A stretch of DNA of 64,000 nt from Candidatus Limnocylindria bacterium (GTDB taxonomy: Bacteria; Chloroflexota; Limnocylindria; Limnocylindrales; CSP1-4), in the NCBI GenBank assembly GCA_046566045.1, contig JBKHXL010000039.1:10953-74952 (forward strand). Direction: 5' to 3'. Each line of letters starts with the position of its first letter. Position 1 is the stretch's first letter. The notes under the pieces are model-generated. The model saw nothing but the letters and a program-made list of their open reading frames with translations, did no database searches and was not told where the DNA came from. A program made the translations under genes and the position numbers. Below, piece after piece: positions 49,577 to 59,798 of this stretch.

Positions 49577-50362
49577 ATGATCGGCGACCTGATCGGCAAG
49601 CCCGGACGCGTCGCCGTCGAGCGCATCCTGCCCGCGCTCCGCGAGGAGCGTGGGATCGACTTCGTGACCGCCAACGGCGAGAACGTGGCCGGTGGGATGG
49701 GCCTGACCGCCTCGACCGCCGAGGCCATCCTGGCGTCCGGCGTCGACGTCATCACCAGCGGCAACCACATCTGGGACAAGCGCGAGATCTACCCGTACCT
49801 CGACGCCAGCGAGCGGGTGCTGCGACCGCACAACTACGGCAGCCACGGCGTGCCCGGGCGCGGCTTCGGCGTGTACGACGCGCTGGACGGCAGCCAGGTC
49901 GCCGTCATCAACCTGCAGGGCCGGACCTTCATGCAGCCCATCGACAACCCGTTCACCGACGCCGACGCCCTGCTCGACGAGACGTCGTCGCCCGAGCCGC
50001 TGCCGCCGATCCGGCTGGTCGACTTCCACTGCGAGCTGACGTCGGAGAAGAACGCCATGGGCCTGCATCTCGACGGCCGGGTCAGCGCCGTCGTCGGCAC
50101 GCACACCCACATCGTGACCGGCGACGAGCGGATCCTCCCCGGGGGCACCGCCTACCAGACCGACCTCGGCATGACCGGCCCGGTCTGGAGCGTGATCGGG
50201 TTCGAGCCGCGGACCGTGCTCCCGCGGTTCATCAACGCGCTTCCGACGCGTTTCGAGGTCGGGAGTGGTCCGGTCGTGTTCAACGCGGCGCAGATCGACA
50301 TCGACCCGGCGACGGGTCGGACGCTCGCCATCGAGCGCATCCAGCGGCTCGTCGAGGTGTGA
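49577..50362 (+). CDS. ymdB: YmdB-family metallophosphoesterase (TIGR00282-like); true start possibly upstream
   Basis: IGDLIGKPG, NGEN, TSGNH, DFHCELTSEK, GTHTH, TDLGMTG; follows rny. Confidence 0.9.
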   Translation: MIGDLIGKPGRVAVERILPALREERGIDFVTANGENVAGGMGLTASTAEAILASGVDVITSGNHIWDKREIYPYLDASERVLRPHNYGSHGVPGRGFGVYDALDGSQVAVINLQGRTFMQPIDNPFTDADALLDETSSPEPLPPIRLVDFHCELTSEKNAMGLHLDGRVSAVVGTHTHIVTGDERILPGGTAYQTDLGMTGPVWSVIGFEPRTVLPRFINALPTRFEVGSGPVVFNAAQIDIDPATGRTLAIERIQRLVEV

Positions 50363-51375
50363 CCGGGGCACCCGGGGAGCGGCCGCCGAGGACCGGTCGT
50401 CACGCTCCCGCCCGATCCGCGGATCCCCACCGGGTCGTCCCCCCGGCGCCGGCGACGATCGACCTGCACACCCACACGCTGCGCTCGGACGGCATCCTGA
50501 CGCCGGCCGAGCTCGTCACGGCGGCGGTCGATGCCGGGGTCCGGACCCTGGCCATCACCGACCACGACACCCTGGCGGCGTACCGCGAGCTGATCGCGGC
50601 CGGTCGGGTGCCCGGATCGCTCCAGCTCGTGCCCGGGGTCGAGATCAACGCCCTGGTCAACCGCGACCTCGGCCTGTGGGAAGGGGAACTGCACATCCTC
50701 GGGTTCGGCATGGACCCGGACGACGAGGCGTTCGAGGCCGCGCTCGCGGCCCAGCGCGGCGAGCGTCGCACCCGCTTCATCCGGACGGTCGAGCGCCTGC
50801 GCGACATCGGCCTGCCCATCGATGCCCAGCTCGCGCCCGTGGTCAGCGGGAACGACGACGCGCTCGGGCGGCCGACCATCGCCCGGGCCCTGGTGGCGGC
50901 CGGCCACGCCGCCAGCGTCGAGGACGCGTTCGACCGGATCATCGGCCACGGAAAGCCCGGCTACGTCCGCCGCGGCGGGCTCGGGCCGGAGGCGGCCATC
51001 GCGGCCATCCGGGCGGCCGGCGGGGTCCCGGTCCTGGCCCACTTTCGCGAGGCCCCGACCCGGCCCGACATCCTGCGCGACCTGATCTCGGTCGGGCTGG
51101 CCGGACTGGAGGTCCACTACCGCACGTTCGACGCACCGACGACCGAGGCGGTCGCCGCGGTGGCGGCCGACCTGCGCCTGCTGGGCACCGGTGGCACCGA
51201 CTACCACGGCGACCTGGGACCGTACGCGGCGGCGCATGCCGAGCTGTGGGTCCCGCCGGCGGTGGGTGGGGCGCTGGCCTCGGCGATCGAGCTCGCCCGT
51301 CGGGCCTGGCGGTCGGGCCGCGCGTCGCCGCACGCCCCGCGTCGCCGCACGCCCGGGGGACGCGGCGCGGCGTGA
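50359..51375 (+). CDS. PHP domain protein (TrpH/YciV-like)
   Basis: DLHTHTLRSDG, AITDHD, GVEI, GRPTIARAL, TGGTDYHG. Confidence 0.88.
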   Translation: MTGAPGERPPRTGRHAPARSADPHRVVPPAPATIDLHTHTLRSDGILTPAELVTAAVDAGVRTLAITDHDTLAAYRELIAAGRVPGSLQLVPGVEINALVNRDLGLWEGELHILGFGMDPDDEAFEAALAAQRGERRTRFIRTVERLRDIGLPIDAQLAPVVSGNDDALGRPTIARALVAAGHAASVEDAFDRIIGHGKPGYVRRGGLGPEAAIAAIRAAGGVPVLAHFREAPTRPDILRDLISVGLAGLEVHYRTFDAPTTEAVAAVAADLRLLGTGGTDYHGDLGPYAAAHAELWVPPAVGGALASAIELARRAWRSGRASPHAPRRRTPGGRGAA

Positions 51376-51385
51376 CGGCGCGCGA

Positions 51386-52153
51386 TCAGGGGATCGGCGC
51401 GTCCTCGGGCAGCCGTTCCTTGACGAACGTCGGGCGCAGGCGGACGGACCTGCGATTCGCCGAGCGGCGCAGGTTGAGCGCCTCGACGAACACGCTGAAG
51501 CCCATCGCCGCGTAGATGTAGGCCTTGTCGATGTGCACCCCGAACCCGTCGGCGACGAGCGTGACCCCGATGAGCAGCAGGAACGAGAGGGCCAGCATCT
51601 TGACCGACGGGTGGGCCTGGACGAAGCGCGCCAGGGGACCCGAGGCGATGAGCATCACGGCCACGGCGATGACCACCGCCGCGATCATGATCGGCAGCTC
51701 GTCGACGAGGCCGACCGCGGTCAGGACGGAGTCGAGCGAGAAGACGATGTCGAGGAGGACGATCTGGACGAGCACGGCCCCGAAGGTCGCCGTCCCCGAC
51801 GCGGTCCGCTCGTGACCCTCCTCCCCCTCGAGCGATTCGTGGATCTCGGTGGTCGCCTTCCAGAGCAGGAACAGGCCGCCGCCGATAAGGATCAGGTCGC
51901 GCGCGGAGAACTCCCGCCACAGGGTGAACATCGGGGCCGTCAGGCCGATGATCCAGGAGATGGTCAGCAGCAGGGCGATGCGCATCCCCATCGCCAGGCC
52001 GATGCCGATCAGGCGCGCCCGGTCACGATCCTCCGCCGGCAGCCGCTGGACCAGGATCGAGATGAAGATGATGTTGTCGATGCCCAGGACGATCTCGAGG
52101 ACCGCGAGGGTGGCCAGGGCGATCCACGTCTCGGGGTTGGTCAGCAGCTCCAT
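51386..52153 (-). CDS. TerC family membrane protein
   Basis: LEIVLGIDNIIFI, DIVFSLDSV, KMLALSFL, YIYAAMGFS. Confidence 0.92.
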   Translation of the reverse strand: MELLTNPETWIALATLAVLEIVLGIDNIIFISILVQRLPAEDRDRARLIGIGLAMGMRIALLLTISWIIGLTAPMFTLWREFSARDLILIGGGLFLLWKATTEIHESLEGEEGHERTASGTATFGAVLVQIVLLDIVFSLDSVLTAVGLVDELPIMIAAVVIAVAVMLIASGPLARFVQAHPSVKMLALSFLLLIGVTLVADGFGVHIDKAYIYAAMGFSVFVEALNLRRSANRRSVRLRPTFVKERLPEDAPIP

Positions 52154-52205
52154 CGCGGGCAGCATAGCGGGTCGCCGCCGTGCATCGAAGTACCATGGGC
52201 CCGCT

Positions 52206-53864
52206 GTGAGTGACGACCGCGCGACGATCCGAGGCCTGCCCGTGCTCGACGTGTTCGACGCGCCACCGGGTGGCGGCGCGCCGGTCGGGCCGCGCCGACC
52301 CGCCGACCCGCGGGACGCACGCGTCGGCGAGTACCTGCCCGACGTCGCCAGCCTGCCGCGCTTCCACGTCTGGACGCTCGGCTGCCAGATGAACCGGAGC
52401 GACTCCGAGGAGATGGCCGGCCGCCTGCTGGCGGTGGGCTGCGAGGAGGCACCGTCGATGGACGCCGCCGACCTCGTCGTCATCAACACCTGCGCCATCC
52501 GCGAGGGCGCCGAGCAGAAGGTCATCGGGCGACAGGGCCACCTCGCCCGACTCAAGGCCGCCCGCCCCGGGATGCGCGTCGTCCTGACCGGATGCTCCGT
52601 GCGCGAGGCGGAACGCGACGGTCTTGCTCGCCGCTACCCGGCGGTGGATGTCTTCCTCCGCCCCGACGAGGAACCGGAGCTGGTGGATCGCCTGGGGCTG
52701 GCCTCCGCCCAGGGCGCGATCGGCCGGACCGGGGCGATCGGCACGACCACGACGGTCGGGCGGACGGTCGTCGGCGCCGCCGACCGGCTGCCGGCCAGCC
52801 GGTCCGATGCGGTCGGGCAGGGGAGCGTGGCCCGCGCCTCCACGGTCAGCGCCTGGCTCCCGATCATCTACGGCTGCGACAAGACGTGCACCTACTGCAT
52901 CGTCCCGTTCAGTCGCGGCCCGGAGCGCAGCCGACCGTTCGACGACATCGTCGACGAGGCCCGCCAGCTCGCCGCGGCCGGGTATCGCGAGGTGACATTG
53001 CTCGGGCAGAACGTGAACTCGTACGGGCACGACCTGGCGCCGGAGGCCCGCTTCGCCCACGTGGATGCCGAGCGATGGGCGGGGCGACAGCTCGACCTGC
53101 GCGGGCGCCCGGACCTGGCCGAACTCATCCGCGCCATCGACGGGCTGCGAACGGCGGACGGCGTACCCGCGATCCCGCGCCTGCGCTTCGTGACGTCCCA
53201 CCCATGGGATCTGTCCGACCGACTGATCGCCGCCCTGGCCGACTGCCCGAGCGTGTGCGAGCACCTCCACCTGCCGGTCCAGTCGGGCGATGACGGCGTG
53301 CTCCGGCGGATGGGCCGCCAGTACACCGTCGAGCACTACCAGGAGCGCCTCGCCCGCATCCGCGCGGCCGTGCCGGGCATCACCGTCAGCACCGACGTCA
53401 TCGTCGGCTTCTGCGGCGAGAGCGATGCCCAGTTCCGCTCGACCCTGGCCCTGCTCGAGGCCGTCCGCTACGACCAGGTCTTCGCGGCCGCCTACTCGCC
53501 GCGCCCGGGGACGCCGGCCACGCGCCTGCCCGACGACGTCCCGGCCTCGGTCAAGCGCGAGCGCCTCAACGAGCTGCTTGCCGTCCAGGAGGCGATCGGC
53601 CTCGAGCGAAACCAGGCCTGGCGGGGCCGGACGGTCGAGGTGCTGGTGGACACGATCGGCACACGCCGGGCCCACGACCACGGTGGCGCCGAGCGAGCCC
53701 ATCCCGACGGTTTCGACGCCGGCCTCGCCCTCGCCGGGCGGACCCGCGGCAACAAGCTCGTCCACCTCACCGGACCGTCGAGCCTGGTCGGTCGGGAGGT
53801 CACGGTCAGGGTCGACCACGCCGGTCCGTACGCCCTGCGCGGGACGCTGGTCGCCACCGCCTGA
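52206..53864 (+). CDS. miaB: tRNA-2-methylthio-N6-dimethylallyladenosine synthase
   Basis: TLGCQMN, NTCAIRE, GCDKTCTYCIVP, LLGQNVNSYG, HLPVQSG, TRAM domain. Confidence 0.94.
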   Translation: MSDDRATIRGLPVLDVFDAPPGGGAPVGPRRPADPRDARVGEYLPDVASLPRFHVWTLGCQMNRSDSEEMAGRLLAVGCEEAPSMDAADLVVINTCAIREGAEQKVIGRQGHLARLKAARPGMRVVLTGCSVREAERDGLARRYPAVDVFLRPDEEPELVDRLGLASAQGAIGRTGAIGTTTTVGRTVVGAADRLPASRSDAVGQGSVARASTVSAWLPIIYGCDKTCTYCIVPFSRGPERSRPFDDIVDEARQLAAAGYREVTLLGQNVNSYGHDLAPEARFAHVDAERWAGRQLDLRGRPDLAELIRAIDGLRTADGVPAIPRLRFVTSHPWDLSDRLIAALADCPSVCEHLHLPVQSGDDGVLRRMGRQYTVEHYQERLARIRAAVPGITVSTDVIVGFCGESDAQFRSTLALLEAVRYDQVFAAAYSPRPGTPATRLPDDVPASVKRERLNELLAVQEAIGLERNQAWRGRTVEVLVDTIGTRRAHDHGGAERAHPDGFDAGLALAGRTRGNKLVHLTGPSSLVGREVTVRVDHAGPYALRGTLVATA

Positions 53865-53898
53865 CGCGGGCTCGCGGAACGGTCACGAGAGCGCATGA

Positions 53899-53946
53899 CC
53901 ACGATGTGGCGCAGCGTTGACAGTCCGAAGAGCCCGCGGGTACCGT
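53899..53946 (+). promoter_or_regulatory. ABC operon promoter with upstream palindromic operator
   Basis: CCACGATGTGG (53899-53909); TTGACA (53917)-18 bp-TACCGT (53941). Confidence 0.65.
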
Positions 53947-54061
53947 TCGCCAACAGTCCACGGGGTCCCGTGGGCGGGACGCGCATGGCCGAGGAGGAGT
54001 CATCGGGCCATACGTCGTGTGGCGATCCAGTCGTGCACCACATCGAAAGGATCAGAGGACC

Positions 54062-55753
54062 ATGGACTATTCCCGTTTGGATCCGATCCGCCGACGTGCG
54101 TCGGCGCAGGAGCTCGACCTCGTCGAGTCCTTCGCGCGCGGCCGGATCACCCGCCGCTCGTTCATCAAGCGCGCCACCATCCTCGGCCTCTCGCTGCCGA
54201 CCATCAGCGCCATCATCGCGGCGTGCACCGAACCGGCAGGCACCGTCGCGCCGTCGGCCACCGCCGGCGGCGGCGGGGCGACCCCCGGCCCGGCCGGTGG
54301 CACGATCCGGGTGGCCACCCAGCGTCCCGCCGGTCCGCTCGACCCGGTCGGCATGCAGGACCTGGGCGCCTACGGCCTGATCGCCCAATCGTTCGAGTTC
54401 CTCGCGGCGCTCGACGCCGCCACCGGCGACATCGGCCCCGGCCTGGCCGAGTCGTGGGCCCCGAACGACGACAACAGCGTGTGGACGTTCAAGATCCGCC
54501 AGGGCGTGACCTGGCAGGACGGCTCACCGTTCACCGGCGAGGACGTCGTCGAGTCCATGAAGCGCCTGGTCGCGGCCGGCAATGCCGGGCTCAAGGGCGT
54601 CATCGACGAGAACTCGACCACCGTCGTGAACGAGAGCACCGTGCAGTTCGAGCTGGTCAGCGCCAACGGCAACTTCCCGTACCTCGTCTCGGTGTTCAAC
54701 GCCCAGACGGTCATCACCCCGGCCGCGTACGCCACCGGGACGACCCTGGACGGGATGCCCAACGGCACGGGCGCCTGGAAGCTCGATAGCTACGACCCGG
54801 CGACCGGGGCGAAGTTCTCGCGCAACGACGCGTGGTGGGGCGGCCCGACGCCGCTCGACTCGGTCGAGTACGTGTTCTTCGACGAGACCGGCCCGATGGT
54901 CACCGCCTACCAGGGCGGCCAGATCGACGCTATCGTCCAGTTCGACGTGTTCTCGGGCACCGCGCTGTTCAACGACCCGAACTTCACGGTCAACGAGGCG
55001 CAGACGACCAACCACCGCCAGATCTGGATGCGCGTCGACACCGGCCAGTTCACGGACAAGCGCGTGCGCCAGGCCGTCGCCCTGAGCCTCGATCGCGAGG
55101 CGATGGTCCAGCAGCTGTTCAAGGGCAAGGGCCAGGTCGCCAACGACCACGTCATCTTCTCGCTGTTCCCGTACTTCGACGACTCCGTGCCGCAGCGGAC
55201 CCGCGACGTGGACGCCGCCAAGGCGCTCCTCGCCGACGCCGGGGCCGAGGGTCTGTCGGCCGTGCTGCACGTGGCCGAGCTGCAGGAGATCCCCGACCTG
55301 GCCGTGCTCATCCAGAGCCAGGCCGCCGAGGCCGGCATGACCCTGACGCCGCAGGTCGAGAGCCTCGACACGTTCTACAGCGCGCAGTGGTGCCCGGCCG
55401 AGCCGGCCGACCCGCCCTGCTCCGGCGCCGCCGAGCTGGGCATCGTGGACTACGGCCACCGCTCCACGCCCGACGTGTTCCTCAACTCCGCACTCAAGAC
55501 CAACGGCGTGTGGAATTCCTCGCAGTACGCCTCGGCGGACTTCGACGCCGCGTTCGCCGAGTTCCAGGCGGCGGTCGGCGTGGATGCCCAGCGCGCGGCC
55601 TGCAAGAAGATCCAGACCATCCTCAACGACGACGTCCCGATCGCCGTCCCGTACACGTACTCGTTCCTGTCCGGCAACTCGAACGCCTTCACCGGGGTCT
55701 ACTCGAGCGCGCTCGGGCAGATGTTCGTGTCGAGCGCCTCGAAGGTCGGCTGA
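54062..55753 (+). CDS. ABC transporter substrate-binding protein family 5 (Tat lipoprotein)
   Basis: TRRSFIK twin-arginine motif, IAAC lipobox, FKIRQGVTWQDGSPFT, DKRVRQA. Confidence 0.9.
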   Translation: MDYSRLDPIRRRASAQELDLVESFARGRITRRSFIKRATILGLSLPTISAIIAACTEPAGTVAPSATAGGGGATPGPAGGTIRVATQRPAGPLDPVGMQDLGAYGLIAQSFEFLAALDAATGDIGPGLAESWAPNDDNSVWTFKIRQGVTWQDGSPFTGEDVVESMKRLVAAGNAGLKGVIDENSTTVVNESTVQFELVSANGNFPYLVSVFNAQTVITPAAYATGTTLDGMPNGTGAWKLDSYDPATGAKFSRNDAWWGGPTPLDSVEYVFFDETGPMVTAYQGGQIDAIVQFDVFSGTALFNDPNFTVNEAQTTNHRQIWMRVDTGQFTDKRVRQAVALSLDREAMVQQLFKGKGQVANDHVIFSLFPYFDDSVPQRTRDVDAAKALLADAGAEGLSAVLHVAELQEIPDLAVLIQSQAAEAGMTLTPQVESLDTFYSAQWCPAEPADPPCSGAAELGIVDYGHRSTPDVFLNSALKTNGVWNSSQYASADFDAAFAEFQAAVGVDAQRAACKKIQTILNDDVPIAVPYTYSFLSGNSNAFTGVYSSALGQMFVSSASKVG

Positions 55754-55843
55754 CCCCGTCGTGCACCACGCGGTCGGAGCCTGCCGAGGGGCGGGTTCCG
55801 ACCGTGACCGTCACAGCGATCATCGGCGGAGGGGCTGGATGCA

Positions 55844-56797
55844 GTGAGGCGGTTCATCCTGCGGCGGGTGTTCCTGTCGCTCATCACGTTGTGGCTGCTG
55901 GCCACGATCGTGTTCGTGATCGCGAACGTGCTGCCCAACGACGTGGGTCGCACCATCCTGGGCCCGTTCGCGCCGCAGGAGAGCGTCGACGCCCTCAACG
56001 AGCGGCTCGGCACCAACGACCCGTTGCCCGAGCAGTACGCCCGGGCGATGACCCGGCTGGTCACCCTCGACTTCGGTGAATCGTTCCAGTCCGGCCAGCC
56101 GGTCGGGCCGCTCCTCGTCGCCGCCATCGGTCGATCCGCCAAGCTCGCGGGCCTGGCCCTCCTCCTGACCATCCCCATCGCGATCGTGGCGGGCCTGTTC
56201 GCGGCGCGACGCCGGGACAAGCGCTCCGACCGAGCCATCGTGCTGGCCGGCGTCACGCTGTCGTCGATCCCCGAGTTCGTCGTCGCGACCTTCCTGGTGG
56301 TCGTCATCGGCGTCCAGTTCCGGCTGCTGCCCGTCCTGGCCACACCGCCCAGTGACGCGGACATCCCGACCCAGGTGTACTTCCTGCTCATGCCGGCCCT
56401 GGCCATGGCCGTCGTGTACTTCGGCTACATCGCCAGGATGACCCGCGCGGGGGCGATCGAGGTCCTGGAGTCCGACTACGTCCGCACGGCCACGATGAAG
56501 GGGCTCACGACCGGACAGGTCATGCGCCGCCACGTGCTGCGCAACGCGCTCATCCCGACCGTGGCGGTCATCGGCGTCCAGATCGGCTACCTGTTCGGCG
56601 GCATCATCGGGGTCGAGAAGATCTTCAACTACAACGGGATGGGGCAGCTCATGCTGTTCGCCGCCCAGCGCAAGGACATCCCGGTCCTCCAGGCCGGTGC
56701 GCTCGTCATCGGCATCGTGTACATGGTCGCGACCCTCGTCGCCGACCTGATCATCGCCTGGATGAACCCGCGCATCCGCTCGGAGATGGGCAACTGA
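55844..56797 (+). CDS. Peptide/nickel-type ABC permease (DppB-like)
   Basis: LDFGES, SIPEF, DYVRTATMKGL, HVLRNAL, NPRIR. Confidence 0.92.
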   Translation: MRRFILRRVFLSLITLWLLATIVFVIANVLPNDVGRTILGPFAPQESVDALNERLGTNDPLPEQYARAMTRLVTLDFGESFQSGQPVGPLLVAAIGRSAKLAGLALLLTIPIAIVAGLFAARRRDKRSDRAIVLAGVTLSSIPEFVVATFLVVVIGVQFRLLPVLATPPSDADIPTQVYFLLMPALAMAVVYFGYIARMTRAGAIEVLESDYVRTATMKGLTTGQVMRRHVLRNALIPTVAVIGVQIGYLFGGIIGVEKIFNYNGMGQLMLFAAQRKDIPVLQAGALVIGIVYMVATLVADLIIAWMNPRIRSEMGN

Positions 56798-57672
56798 TGG
56801 CGGCCACCAGCCCGCCCGTCGTCGCCGCCGCGAGCCCCGGGTCGGAGCGGGCCCAGGCACGCCGCGAGACCATCCGCCAGCTGCTCCGTCGCCCGGGCTT
56901 CCTGATCGGCAACGTGATCATCGGCTTCTGGGTGTTCTGCGCGATCTTCCAGCTGGCCCCGTACGACGCCTTCAACGACTTCGACACCGGCCACGCCCCG
57001 CCCTCACCCGAGCACATCTTCGGCACGGACCGGCTCGGTCGCGACGTCTTCTCGCGGGTGGTGGTCGGGGCGCGGGACGTCTTCATCGTGGCCCCCCTGG
57101 CCGCCATGCTGGGCGTGGTCGCCGGGACCATCCTGGGGCTGATCATGGGCTTCTACCGCGGGATCGTGGACGACGTCATCAGCCGGATCGTCGAGGCGTT
57201 CCTGTCGCTGCCGGTCATCCTCATCGCCCTGCTGACGCTGGTCGTGCTCGGCTCGTCGACCCTCGTCGTCGTCCTCGTCGTCGGCATCCTGTTCACGCCG
57301 ATCGTCGCCCGGACGGTCCGCTCGGCGGTCCAGGCCGAGCGCCAGCTCGACTACGTGACCGCAGCCAGGCTGCGCGGCGAATCGGGGCCGTTCATCATGC
57401 TGCGCGAGATCTTCCCGAACATCCTGCCGCCGATCGTCGTCGAGATGACCGTGCGCTTCGGCTACGCCATCTTCACCGTGGCCACGCTGTCGTTCCTCGG
57501 CGTCGGCATCCAGCCGCCCTCGCCCGACTGGGGCCTGAGCGTGAGCGAGGAGTACAGCAACATGATCGGCGGCGTGTGGTGGCCGACGCTCTTCCCGGCG
57601 CTCGCCATCGCCACCACCGTGATCGCCATCAACCTCATCGCCGATGCCCTCCAGTCCGTGACCAGCGAATGA
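56797..57672 (+). CDS. Peptide/nickel-type ABC permease (DppC-like)
   Basis: FGTDRLGRDVFSR, DYVTAARLRGE, LSFLGVGIQPPSPDWG. Confidence 0.92.
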   Translation: MAATSPPVVAAASPGSERAQARRETIRQLLRRPGFLIGNVIIGFWVFCAIFQLAPYDAFNDFDTGHAPPSPEHIFGTDRLGRDVFSRVVVGARDVFIVAPLAAMLGVVAGTILGLIMGFYRGIVDDVISRIVEAFLSLPVILIALLTLVVLGSSTLVVVLVVGILFTPIVARTVRSAVQAERQLDYVTAARLRGESGPFIMLREIFPNILPPIVVEMTVRFGYAIFTVATLSFLGVGIQPPSPDWGLSVSEEYSNMIGGVWWPTLFPALAIATTVIAINLIADALQSVTSE

Positions 57673-59783
57673 CCGCCACGCTCGTCCCCGGCGCCGGTCC
57701 CGCCCCGGCCGCCGCCCCGGCCGCGCTCAAGGCCGAGGACCTGTCGCTGGCCTACATCGTGCGCGGCATCCCGCGCCCGGTCCTGCGCGGCGTCACGTTC
57801 GAGATCCGGCCCGGACAGTCGTACGGCCTCGTCGGGGAGTCGGGCTGCGGCAAGTCCACCACGGCGTACGCCGCCGTGCGCTACCTGCCGCGCAACGCGC
57901 GCATCACCGGCGGGCGGATCCTCGTCGCGGGCGAGGACATCACCGCGATGTCGGCCGACCAGGTCCGCCGCTTCCGGATGCACCACGCGTCGATGGTCTA
58001 CCAGGATCCGGGCGGCGCCCTGAACCCGACGACCAAGATCGGGCCGCAGGTGGTCGAGGCCTTCACCATCCTCGGCCAGGGACGCGAGGAGGCCCGCGAG
58101 AGCGCACTGGCGGCCTTCCGGCGGGTCCAGATCGCCGATCCGTCGCGCGTCTTCGACCGCTATCCGTACCAGCTGTCGGGCGGCATGCAGCAGCGCGTGG
58201 TCATCGCCATGGCCCTCGCCTCCGACCCGCAGCTGCTGGTCCTCGACGAGCCGACCACCGGCCTCGACGCGACCGTCGAGGCGACCATCCTCGACCTCGT
58301 CCGGGAGCTCCAGGCCGAGATGAATGCGGCGGTCCTGCTGATCGCCCACAACCTCGGCGTCGTGCGCACGATGTGCGAGCGGGTCGGGGTCATGTACGCG
58401 GGCAAGATCGTCGAGGAGGGCGACGCGACCCGCGTCTTCGATGCACCCCAGCATCCGTACACCGTGGGTCTGCTCCAGTCGCTCCCGCGGCGCGGCGTGC
58501 GCAAGTCCGAGCGCGCGCTGGCGACCATCCCGGGCACGCTGCCCCAGATCGGGACGCCGCTCCCGACGTGCGTGTTCGTCGATCGCTGCCCGCTGGCCGA
58601 CGAGCTGTGCCGGACGGTCGTGCCGCCGGTCGTCGAGGTGGGGGACGGCCAGTGGACCCGCTGCCACCATCGCGAGCGGATCGGCGAGCTGCTGGACCGC
58701 ATCTCCGGGGGTGGCCAGCAGAACGCGACCGGCGACACGAACCTGACCCTCACCAACGTGTCCAAGACGTTCCACCAGAGCGGCCACGACGTCCCGGCCC
58801 TGGTCGGCGTCGAGCTGGATCTGCGCGACGGCGAGACCCTCGGCCTGGTCGGCGAGAGCGGATCGGGCAAGTCCACCCTGGCCAGGACGATCCTCGGCAT
58901 CGAGAGCCCCGACGAGGGCGGCACGATCGAGCTCGATCGGCACCAGCTCGGATCGCGCGCGTCGGACCGGCCGACCGAGGACAAGCGCTCGATCCAGATG
59001 GTCTTCCAGAACCCGGATTCGGCGCTCAACCGCGGCTGGAGCGTGCGCAGCATCCTGTCCCGCTCCGTTCGCAAGTTGACCGGCCTGTCGGGTCGCGCCG
59101 CGGACGAGCGGGTGGACCGCCTGGCCGAGGACCTGCGCCTGACCCAGCGGCACCTGGACCTCAAGCCGCGCCAGCTGTCGGGCGGGCTCAAGCAGCGCGT
59201 GGCGATCGCCCGCGCCTTCGCCGGCGATCCGCGCATCGTCGTCGCCGACGAGCCGACGAGCGCCCTCGACGTGTCGGTCCAGGCCGCCATCCTCAACGTC
59301 CTGTCCGACCTCCAGAGCGAGAGCAGGACGAGCTACCTGCTGATCAGTCACGACATGGGCGTCATCCGCTATCTCGCCGACCGGATCGCCGTCATGTACC
59401 TCGGCCGGATCATGGAGGTCGGTGACTCGGAGACCGTCTTCGCCGGCCCGAACCATCCGTACACCGAGGCGCTCCTGTCGGCCGTGCCCAGCGTGGACGG
59501 CGAGGAGCGCACGCGCATCCGGCTCGAGGGCGACATCCCGAGCCCGGCCGATCCGCCGTCGGGCTGCGTCTTCCACACCCGCTGCCACCGCTTCATCGAG
59601 GGCCTGTGCGAGGTGACCGAGCCGCCCCTCATCGAAGTCGAGCCGGGGCACATGATGAAGTGCCACATCCCGATCGACGAGCTGCGTGCGCTGCAGGCCC
59701 GTGACGCCGTCTCGGGCGCCGTGCTGACCTCGGTCGTCGCGGGCGCCCATCGCGGCGCCAGCGAGGACCCGCCACCGGCCTGA
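57669..59783 (+). CDS. Fused double ABC ATPase (DppD/DppF-like)
   Basis: Two Walker A motifs (GESGCGKS, GESGSGKS), two LSGG signatures, HPYT and Cys-rich tails. Confidence 0.93.
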   Translation: MTATLVPGAGPAPAAAPAALKAEDLSLAYIVRGIPRPVLRGVTFEIRPGQSYGLVGESGCGKSTTAYAAVRYLPRNARITGGRILVAGEDITAMSADQVRRFRMHHASMVYQDPGGALNPTTKIGPQVVEAFTILGQGREEARESALAAFRRVQIADPSRVFDRYPYQLSGGMQQRVVIAMALASDPQLLVLDEPTTGLDATVEATILDLVRELQAEMNAAVLLIAHNLGVVRTMCERVGVMYAGKIVEEGDATRVFDAPQHPYTVGLLQSLPRRGVRKSERALATIPGTLPQIGTPLPTCVFVDRCPLADELCRTVVPPVVEVGDGQWTRCHHRERIGELLDRISGGGQQNATGDTNLTLTNVSKTFHQSGHDVPALVGVELDLRDGETLGLVGESGSGKSTLARTILGIESPDEGGTIELDRHQLGSRASDRPTEDKRSIQMVFQNPDSALNRGWSVRSILSRSVRKLTGLSGRAADERVDRLAEDLRLTQRHLDLKPRQLSGGLKQRVAIARAFAGDPRIVVADEPTSALDVSVQAAILNVLSDLQSESRTSYLLISHDMGVIRYLADRIAVMYLGRIMEVGDSETVFAGPNHPYTEALLSAVPSVDGEERTRIRLEGDIPSPADPPSGCVFHTRCHRFIEGLCEVTEPPLIEVEPGHMMKCHIPIDELRALQARDAVSGAVLTSVVAGAHRGASEDPPPA

Positions 59784-59798
59784 CCCGCCCGGACCGTC

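Noticed and set aside
50359-51375. PHP protein as the missing histidinol phosphatase
   Set aside because: Motifs and rny-ymdB context fit the TrpH/YciV-type PHP better.
54030-55769. 12-bp direct repeat GTCGTGCACCAC on both sides of the SBP gene
   Set aside because: Short and GC-rich with no mobility gene; could be chance, so not enough to call a target duplication.
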